Assembly: GCA_044359815.1 (NCBI GenBank)
Contig: JBIKLL010000045.1
Coordinates: forward strand, 1 to 21,536
Length of the DNA: 21,536 bases
Reading direction: 5' to 3'
DNA from: Pseudobdellovibrionaceae bacterium
GTDB lineage: Bacteria > Bdellovibrionota > Bdellovibrionia > Bdellovibrionales > Bdellovibrionaceae
Shown here in pieces: positions 8,478-15,095 of this stretch. The translations under genes and the position numbers were made by a program. The notes under the pieces were generated by a model. That model had not been told where the DNA came from, did not search any database, and worked only from the letters and a program-made list of their open reading frames with translations. How positions within the stretch are numbered: the stretch's first letter is position 1; each line of letters opens with the position of its first letter.

Positions 8478-9713
8478 CTACAAATTAAAATTTAAATCTT
8501 CTTTAACACTGTTTTTTTCAACAAAGCTTTCGTTCATTATTTTTCTAAGCCTTGCTACCGATTGTTGAAGCTCAATTAAAAACTGATCCACCTCAGTAAC
8601 TGTGTTACCGATACCAAAACTAATTCTGAGACTGGTTTGAGCCTTGCTGCGATCCAAACCCATTGCCAGCAAAACGTGACTGGGCTCGGGATTTCCGCTA
8701 CTGCAAGCAGCCCCCGTACTGACCGCGTAACCTTTCAGATCCAAGGACATCAGCATGGTTTCACCATCAATGCCGTCGATCAATAAACTGGATGTGTGAG
8801 GCAGCCTGGAAGCCACTTTGTGATTAATGGAAACAGCTGAGATTATTAAACACACTTGAGTTTCAAAATAGTCCCTGAGCTTTTGGATTTCTTGGTACTG
8901 GGCCAGATATTGCGATTCATACTCAAGACTTTTACCCAATGCCCAAATTGCCAAGGTGTTTTCAGTGCCACCACGACGTGAGCGTTCTTGCCCCCCACCG
9001 TAAATCAAAGGAAACAGCGGAGAAGATTTTTTAACGTACAATACTCCGCAGCCCTTCAAAGCATAAATTTTGTGGGCAGAAAAACTGGCAAAATCAATTT
9101 CAAGATTCTGCAAATCAATGGGCATTTTGCCAATGGCTTGCACACAATCAGAATGCATCCACGCTCCGGCAATATGCGTGGCTTTTGCGATATCCGAAAC
9201 TGGCAAAATCAATCCGGTTTCATTATTTGCCAGCATCACTGACACTAAAGCAGTTTTGGGACCTAAAACTTTGTTAAAATGATCCCAATCAAAATTTCCT
9301 TTAGCATCGACTGAAATATAGTGAACGGTAACCCCCTGTGACTGCAGATTTTCACAAGCTCGCAGCACGCTGGGATGTTCGATTTTTGTAGTGATTATTT
9401 CGTTGCGTGTTTGATTTTTTATTAATGTGTGAAAACTGGCAAACACAGTCGAATTGCTTTCCGAAGCTCCGCTGGTAAAAATAATCTCAAGCGGATTTGC
9501 GTGCAGGGCTTTTGCCACTTTGTTGCGGGCTTCGCGTATTAAACGTTTAGGCTCCCTGCTGGACCAATGTATGGAGCTGGGGTTTCCGAAGTACTGTGCA
9601 ATCTGAGGTAATTCATTGAGAATTTCTGAATGCACCGGTGTGGTGGCGTTGTGATCAAAATAAACAGCCAATGAATGCGGCTGTTGTGTGGTAACAGAGG
9701 CAGAGGTAGTCAC
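8478..9713 (-). CDS. iscS: Group I cysteine desulfurase (IscS/NifS family)
   Basis: YFDHNATTP, GNPSSIH, IEHPSV, ANNETG, PLP lysine SAHK, GGGQE, catalytic STGAACSSG. GTG start with AGGAG RBS at 9725-9721. The symbol is family-level only. Confidence 0.9.
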   Translation of the reverse strand: MTTSASVTTQQPHSLAVYFDHNATTPVHSEILNELPQIAQYFGNPSSIHWSSREPKRLIREARNKVAKALHANPLEIIFTSGASESNSTVFASFHTLIKNQTRNEIITTKIEHPSVLRACENLQSQGVTVHYISVDAKGNFDWDHFNKVLGPKTALVSVMLANNETGLILPVSDIAKATHIAGAWMHSDCVQAIGKMPIDLQNLEIDFASFSAHKIYALKGCGVLYVKKSSPLFPLIYGGGQERSRRGGTENTLAIWALGKSLEYESQYLAQYQEIQKLRDYFETQVCLIISAVSINHKVASRLPHTSSLLIDGIDGETMLMSLDLKGYAVSTGAACSSGNPEPSHVLLAMGLDRSKAQTSLRISFGIGNTVTEVDQFLIELQQSVARLRKIMNESFVEKNSVKEDLNFNL

Positions 9714-9794
9714 TTAAAAGCTCCTAAAATTAAGGCTCAAAAAGCACTAGACCTTTATCATAGTGGCTTTGCATAAGACAAGGCTTTGTTTCGA

Positions 9795-9822
9795 TCAGGT
9801 ATTAGAGCAAATATTCCGAAAA
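9795..9822 (+). promoter_or_regulatory. Possible sigma28 (FliA)-like promoter TCAGG-N15-TCCGAAAA, 7 nt before the ATG at 9830
   Basis: Resembles the sigma28 consensus (TAAA-N15-GCCGATAA). There is no SD before the ATG, which fits a leaderless transcript. Confidence 0.4.
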
Positions 9823-9829
9823 GCATTAC

Positions 9830-10801
9830 ATGAGTTTTGCGACTTTGGATGGCACATTCTTTAAACAAAAGCGCCCTGCAAAAAGCTTTTTCCTGAGGCA
9901 TGCAGCCCTATATTCGTGGTCAGTCGATTGTTTGCCTGTTTATGAATGGGAGGGGTTATTGTTTGTGGCTTGCACAAACCCTGAAGATATTACCCCTGAA
10001 CGCAATTGGGTCTTAGTAAAAGCACAGTCATCGGATTTAAAAACCTTGTGGAATGATTGGTCTGATAAAGCCTCAGAGGATCCCTCTGAATTATTTTTTA
10101 ATGCGCAAGAAATTGTGACTGCAATACCAGAGCAACCTCACGCACCTGAAGGTCTTCATGGATTTGAGGAATCACTGTCCGTACCCCAAAACTCACAATC
10201 ATTCAATGCAACTTCAACAGATCCGGAAACATTAGATTATCAGTCAAAAAAAGACCTGCCCACTGCTGCCGCTTTGCCTGAAGTCTTAAAATCTGATTTT
10301 TCAGCAATCAATCAACAAAAAACTAATGATAAAAATCAAAAAACAAAAAACACCCTGGAAAAATCTTTTGAAGAAATTGATGAAATCTTCAGTGCGCTAT
10401 CAAAAAATTATTCAAAAATCATGGTGCTGATCAAAGAAAAAGACACCTTGTCACCCTGGCGTTGGAGTCAAACGTTTCATCATACATCGTTGAATGATTC
10501 TGTTTATGATCTGTCGATGCCTAGTCCCTTTAGGATTGTCAGTCGCACATCACTGCCCTTTCATGGCACTCCTCAAAAAAGCGACATCTTGGATCAGTTT
10601 GTACAAAATTGGAATTCAGGCAAATACCCAGGCAATCTGACGATCGCACCTGTGATGATGAATGATCAGGTGATTGCCATGCTGTTGTGTTTTGGCGAAC
10701 CATCGACTTTTACAAAATCACATTTACTGAACGTAAATAAAAAGTCCGAAGAAATCGCCACGATCTTTCAAAAGATCCCACCCATCCAAGCCGCTTCGTA
10801 A
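9830..10801 (+). CDS. Hypothetical cytoplasmic protein: N-terminal GspE/PilB-N-terminal-like segment, acidic linker, C-terminal GAF-like domain
   Basis: 323-aa ORF. CLPVYEWEGLLFVAC resembles the T2SSE_N beta-hairpin; SPFRIV...LTIAPVMMNDQVIAMLLCFG resembles a GAF C-terminal sheet. Both domain calls are tentative. Confidence 0.6.
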   Translation: MSFATLDGTFFKQKRPAKSFFLRHAALYSWSVDCLPVYEWEGLLFVACTNPEDITPERNWVLVKAQSSDLKTLWNDWSDKASEDPSELFFNAQEIVTAIPEQPHAPEGLHGFEESLSVPQNSQSFNATSTDPETLDYQSKKDLPTAAALPEVLKSDFSAINQQKTNDKNQKTKNTLEKSFEEIDEIFSALSKNYSKIMVLIKEKDTLSPWRWSQTFHHTSLNDSVYDLSMPSPFRIVSRTSLPFHGTPQKSDILDQFVQNWNSGKYPGNLTIAPVMMNDQVIAMLLCFGEPSTFTKSHLLNVNKKSEEIATIFQKIPPIQAAS

Positions 10802-10816
10802 AAAGCCACCGAAAAG

Positions 10817-10890
10817 TGACCGCGAAAAGAGACCGTACGACTTTTTCTGTCTATGACCGCGAAAAGAGACCGTACGACTTTTTCTGTCTA
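10817..10890 (+). repeat. Perfect 2 x 37-bp tandem repeat
   Basis: TGACCGCGAAAAGAGACCGTACGACTTTTTCTGTCTA at 10817-10853 and 10854-10890. Confidence 0.97.
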
Positions 10891-11125
10891 CACCGCAGGA
10901 TAAAGAGCTAAAACCTCAATCAATCCCTGTAGCCATTTAGAAAAATAATCCAAATTCGTATCCTTCAAAACTCAAACAGCGGGCGTCAAGCTGCTCGCAT
11001 TATTTGTAATCAAAGAATGTAAATCATCCGCGCAGCTTAACGTCCGAACTCGTTTTTAAGGACACGAATTTGGATTATTTTTCTAAATGGCAACAGGGAT
11101 TTTCTGCTTAATAGCGCATCTTATC

Positions 11126-11210
11126 CTGCGGTGTAGACAGAAAAAGTCATACGGTCACTTTTCGGTGGCTTTTCTGCGGTGTAGACAGAAAAAGTCGTAC
11201 GGTCTCTTTT
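11126..11210 (-). repeat. 2 x 37-bp direct repeat (period 48), inverted relative to the 10817-10898 copies
   Basis: CTGCGGTGTAGACAGAAAAAGTC(A/G)TACGGTC(A/T)CTTTT at 11126-11162 and 11174-11210, 2 mismatches, 11-bp linker CGGTGGCTTTT. Confidence 0.95.
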
Positions 11211-11908
11211 TACTGTTTTTTGCAGAGGCTTTTGTATTTGTCGGTGACTTGGTCAAGCTGACGCAAATCCACTGAGCCGTCGCGGTCCTTGAATACTTTG
11301 AAGTCACTCATGCAAGTGCCCGGTGTTTGGAAGGCATACAGAATGTTTGAAAGCGATGACTGCAAGCTGGCATTGGCTCTGGACATCGCCTCAAAACCAG
11401 GAGTTGTGGTGCAGATTTTGTCTTTGTTTTTTCTGTAGTTATCAAGCTCAGCCAGATTTTTGCCGTTTTCGCGTTTGAATTTATCAGAAGCAATTGATGA
11501 ATCGTAAAGCACCAGCTCGGCATTGGCAGCCTGCACATCAAGCTCGTCAGAAGTTTTAATGATCCGTCTTTCCATTTCAGCAAACAATTCTGATTTGGCC
11601 CTGTTGATTTCGCTAATTGAAGCTGATCGCTTAAGCTCATTTAGTTTTTTGTACTGAGGCGCATTGGCATCGATAAAAAATGTTCGTTCCATATTTTTGC
11701 GGCTTTTCAGCGTGATGTAAGCTGCAACCAGCCCCTGATCGATAAAATTTGAAATGTCCTCTGAGCTCATGACCTTGCTGTCTTTACCTACGATTTGACA
11801 GTTCAAGCTTTCTTTCCCCGATCTGATGGTGCAATAAATTTCCATTGCATCAGCAAAAGCAAATTGGAAAGACAATAGAGTGATCAAAGCCGCCAGTGAT
11901 TTTATCAT
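11210..11908 (-). CDS. Secreted/periplasmic hypothetical protein, largely helical, with several Cys
   Basis: Signal peptide ending AFA-D; strong AAGGAG RBS at 11920-11915; 232 aa; no family recognised. Confidence 0.8.
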   Translation of the reverse strand: MIKSLAALITLLSFQFAFADAMEIYCTIRSGKESLNCQIVGKDSKVMSSEDISNFIDQGLVAAYITLKSRKNMERTFFIDANAPQYKKLNELKRSASISEINRAKSELFAEMERRIIKTSDELDVQAANAELVLYDSSIASDKFKRENGKNLAELDNYRKNKDKICTTTPGFEAMSRANASLQSSLSNILYAFQTPGTCMSDFKVFKDRDGSVDLRQLDQVTDKYKSLCKKQ

Positions 11909-12105
11909 GATGATCTCCTTAACTGACTCTTATGATGACAAACAAGCTATTGAACACTCAAATAAATTTAAAAGTCTTAGGCCTATTGGTGGGTAAATAC
12001 CTACAAAGGTCCAGTTTCTGCGGGGGCAAAGAAGCTTTTCAATTATAAATTCAAACATTTAGTGATTAAAATATCCTTAAGTCACAGCAAAAGGAAATCA
12101 TCAGC

Positions 12106-13080
12106 ATGAATGGCTTAAAACTTTTATATCTAGTAGACGTAATGTTAATTGTTGGTTTATTTGCAGGACCACAGGCTGTTGCCCAAAATAATCAGCCTGA
12201 CAACCCACCTCCGATGAAATTTAAAACAGACTACGTTCCAAAAAAGACTCAAGAATTTAATGCCCCACTGAAATTTAAAATCCCCGATAAAGACGCGTCC
12301 TCTGCTGAAAAAAAAGAAGATTACAAATCAGAACCTATCCCATCAACAGTGGCTCCTACTGACGAACCCTTCAAATTATACCCAGGCTACCCCAAGGTGC
12401 GATTGCAAATCGCTTCTCAGCCAACAGTTGTGTCATCAACATTTACCTATGGAACGACGGGATTTAATTACAACAACACAAATACATCGGGTTTTGGATC
12501 CTCAATTATTTTTCAAGGCACACCGGCCTTTAAAGCAAAGCTTTTTTATTCTACCTACACGGCTGAAGTTTATGATGCTACGGTGAATGCACTGAGCATT
12601 ACCAAATCAACAATTGCCACGCCCTCTTATGGTGCCAGCTTTAGTTATTGCAATATCAGTGACGGAAATTTTTTAACCCAGTTGTGTGGAGTGTTTGAAT
12701 TAGGTAACGACGGCTACCCACTGTTGGATTTTGCCAGCAGCTCGACACTGTCGATGACTCAGGTGCGTGACAATTACTACGGAATCGGGATCGGTTATCA
12801 GTGGCCTATACTGACAAATTTCTTATTTCATGTTTTGGGCGGTGTGAATATCGGCACAGGCACTGGAAATTCAGGCGCCTTAACATCAAAAACTAATAGC
12901 AGTATTTATTTTGATGGCAGCATTGAATGGATTATTAATGAAAACCACAGTGCCACTGTGGGCGTTAACGCCAAACAAAGAGCCGCCAAGGTCGCAGGCC
13001 GTCGCGGTACAAATGATGACACCTGGGAAACCAAGCTGACGTCAAACGTTTTTGCCTTGGGATATATTTATACGTTTTAG
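12106..13080 (+). CDS. Predicted outer-membrane beta-barrel protein with Pro/Lys-rich N-terminal linker
   Basis: Signal peptide ending AVA-Q; AAGGA RBS; amphipathic strands (YYGIGIGYQW, SIYFDGSIEW); C-terminal beta-signal-like ALGYIYTF. Confidence 0.72.
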   Translation: MNGLKLLYLVDVMLIVGLFAGPQAVAQNNQPDNPPPMKFKTDYVPKKTQEFNAPLKFKIPDKDASSAEKKEDYKSEPIPSTVAPTDEPFKLYPGYPKVRLQIASQPTVVSSTFTYGTTGFNYNNTNTSGFGSSIIFQGTPAFKAKLFYSTYTAEVYDATVNALSITKSTIATPSYGASFSYCNISDGNFLTQLCGVFELGNDGYPLLDFASSSTLSMTQVRDNYYGIGIGYQWPILTNFLFHVLGGVNIGTGTGNSGALTSKTNSSIYFDGSIEWIINENHSATVGVNAKQRAAKVAGRRGTNDDTWETKLTSNVFALGYIYTF

Positions 13081-13092
13081 ACTTGTTTCAAA

Positions 13093-14976
13093 CTATCGAT
13101 TCAATCCATCTAGGTTCTTCATGGCGGGCTCATAGTTGGGGTTCGCTTTAAGACTTCTTTTGAAAAATTCTATCGCCCAATCTCTTCTACTGTTTTCCAA
13201 TGCAATCACTCCGAGCTCATTCAAAGCTTCAAAATGATTATCATTTAGCTCCACAGCTTTTTGAAATTGCTTAACCGCTTCGGGATATTTTTTTAGTTTG
13301 TGTTGAACTAAGCCCTGCAGATAAAAAATTTCGGACTCATTGCTGATTTTCTGTAAAACAGGAATTAACTTAGCCTCTGCCTTTTCGTATTGCCCTATTT
13401 TATAAAGACCTAAGGCTTGCTCATAGCTTATTGCCAATTGAACACTGGGACGAACTTCGCTGAGTTTATCTTCCGCCGTACTTAAAGCCGCTAGAGCTTC
13501 GGTGACTTGATTCAAATCGGACAGCGCCAAAGCCAAATTATACATTAGTAAAGGATGCTCTGGATAAAACTGAAGTCCTGCATTAATAATCTCAATAGCC
13601 TGGCCAGTTTTTTTCAAATTAATAAGTGCAAAAGCCCTGTTCCCAAAATCTTCTGGTTGAGTTAAGCACGTAGGATCAATATTGAGTACTTTTTCAAAGG
13701 CTCCTATCTTTGCATACGCAGCCATTACCGAACACTGGGCTTTTTTGGAATTAGGTTCTCTTTCAGCAAAAACTTCCCACATAGTCGCAGGATCTTTCCA
13801 GATAAAAAGTTGATTTCTTAGCATCACCATCCAAGAAATTAGTGCTAAAAATACAAAACCCCAGTTTATTTTTTTGGCGGTTTGATTTTTCCAAACCAAC
13901 TCATCAAAAATGACCGGGAAAAAAGAAAGACATAGCCCAACAAGGGGTAAGTACATATATCTGTCATTCACCAAATTATCGTCACCAAATTGTTGAATTT
14001 TTAAATAAGGAAATAGGAATATTAAAAATAAAGTCCAGCCTAATGCTAAATTTCTTCTGTGGTTTTGAAATTTGCTAAAAATCCAAACTGAGATGATAAT
14101 AAAAAAACCAAAGGCCACTGCTCCAAGAGAGTTCCATCCCAAAGATTTAATGTCATAAATAATTCTAAGATCTTCAGGAAAAAGTGTTTTTTGAAAATAA
14201 AACTGCAATTGCAGTAGCAGTTTTCCTAAATCAATAGAAAACAATTGAACATGGGATGGATTTAATTTTGCTTGCTCTTGAGCATTCCAAATCGCAATAG
14301 GAGCTGCAAAAACAATCAGGATTATTGAAATCCAGAAATCTTGCCATTTCCACTTTTGTTCTTTCCACAAGTTTATTGCGATAAAACCCAATGGTAAAAA
14401 CAAAATACCTGCTTTTGAAAGCATTCCTAGAATAAAAGCTGAAATACAAATGGAGAAACAGTACAACTTTCTTTGCTCTTCCCACTTTATATAAAAAAAC
14501 AAACTGCTTAAAGCAAAAAAACCAGAAAGTACATCCTTGCGATCTGAAATCCACGCGACATTTTCAGCACGAAATGGGTGAAACCAAAACACAAATAAAC
14601 TTGCTACAGCAACAAGGTTCTGTTTTGGAAACATTTTTCTAAAAATTAAAAAAACAAAAATGCCTGATAAAAAATGAAGCAAAATACTGGTTAAATGAAA
14701 AGCCCACGGAGCACCTTGGCCTATCCACCAATCTATCGCATAGGAAATTGTAGTGACTGGATGATACAGACCTATCATAGGTTTTGTCAGAATGGTTTCC
14801 CAGTCCCAATTCTGAATCACTAAGTTTTCTGTAACGTAAGAGGGGTCATCATGAATTACATAGTCGAAAGTAACTACAGGACTGTAGATAACCAAAAATA
14901 TTAATATTAAAATAGTAAACAAAATATGTTGTCGAAAGTTTATTGAAATAAGAGCACTTTTCAATCTGGGTAGCAT
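13093..14976 (-). CDS. TMTC-like membrane protein: GT-C fold glycosyltransferase domain plus C-terminal TPRs
   Basis: DD motif after TM1 (DYVIHDDPSYVTEN); YHPVTTISY; FHLTSILLH; HPFRAENVAWISDRKDVL; MLSK; DRYMYLP; IWKD; then several TPRs (YNLALAL, YLQGLV...AVKQFQKAVEL, ALNELGV...SLKANPNY). This motif order matches TMTC/protein O-mannosyltransferase-like proteins. Confidence 0.85.
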   Translation of the reverse strand: MLPRLKSALISINFRQHILFTILILIFLVIYSPVVTFDYVIHDDPSYVTENLVIQNWDWETILTKPMIGLYHPVTTISYAIDWWIGQGAPWAFHLTSILLHFLSGIFVFLIFRKMFPKQNLVAVASLFVFWFHPFRAENVAWISDRKDVLSGFFALSSLFFYIKWEEQRKLYCFSICISAFILGMLSKAGILFLPLGFIAINLWKEQKWKWQDFWISIILIVFAAPIAIWNAQEQAKLNPSHVQLFSIDLGKLLLQLQFYFQKTLFPEDLRIIYDIKSLGWNSLGAVAFGFFIIISVWIFSKFQNHRRNLALGWTLFLIFLFPYLKIQQFGDDNLVNDRYMYLPLVGLCLSFFPVIFDELVWKNQTAKKINWGFVFLALISWMVMLRNQLFIWKDPATMWEVFAEREPNSKKAQCSVMAAYAKIGAFEKVLNIDPTCLTQPEDFGNRAFALINLKKTGQAIEIINAGLQFYPEHPLLMYNLALALSDLNQVTEALAALSTAEDKLSEVRPSVQLAISYEQALGLYKIGQYEKAEAKLIPVLQKISNESEIFYLQGLVQHKLKKYPEAVKQFQKAVELNDNHFEALNELGVIALENSRRDWAIEFFKRSLKANPNYEPAMKNLDGLNR

Positions 14977-14982
14977 GAATTA

Positions 14983-15010
14983 ATTGTAGTTTGAATTTTC
15001 TAAGATTCAA
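14983..15010 (-). promoter_or_regulatory. sigma70-type promoter TTGAAT-N16-TACAAT, 6 nt before the ATG of the TMTC-like gene
   Basis: -35 at 15010-15005, -10 at 14988-14983, ATG at 14976; no SD. Confidence 0.55.
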
Positions 15011-15024
15011 CTGAAATAGAAAGC

Positions 15025-15052
15025 AAAAAACCCGCTTTAAAAAACGGGTTTT
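15025..15052 (-). terminator. Intrinsic terminator of the fibre operon
   Basis: Minus strand AAAACCCG-TTTTTTAAAG-CGGG-TTTTTT: a hairpin followed by a U6 tract, about 45 bp downstream of the fibre gene stop. Confidence 0.75.
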
Positions 15053-15095
15053 AAGATTTCACTTAAGCTAAGATTTAAGACTGATAAACAAATAT

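Larger units (their letters stand above)
10801..11210. mobile_element. 410-bp foldback (long imperfect palindrome) element, REPIN/MITE-like
   Basis: Nested inverted repeats centred on 11013: 10980-11011/11015-11046 (imperfect); 10922-10971/11052-11101 (47/50); 10862-10903/11121-11162 (40/42); 10801-10822/11152-11173 (22/22). TA on both sides. The palindrome is seen directly; mobility is inferred. Confidence 0.6.

Noticed and set aside
1588..9282. Many 60-85 aa alternative-frame or antisense ORFs within the barrel and housekeeping genes
   Set aside because: They overlap well-supported genes and show no coding features.
9726..9790. sigma70 promoter for the desulfurase operon (TTGTCT...TATGAT on the minus strand)
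   Set aside because: The spacer is only 13 nt, so a promoter cannot be placed with confidence.
10890..11110. Palindrome arms as a duplicated gene fragment (KDTNLDYFSKW frame)
   Set aside because: Both arms contain stops, most arm differences are non-synonymous, and no protein family is recognisable.
10817..11210. CRISPR array (37-bp repeats)
   Set aside because: The copies are directly adjacent or 11 bp apart, occur in both orientations, and have no unique spacers; no cas genes are in the window.
11087..11275. 62-aa ORF with repeated RCRQKKSYG
   Set aside because: It is a translation of the DNA repeat and overlaps the real convergent gene.
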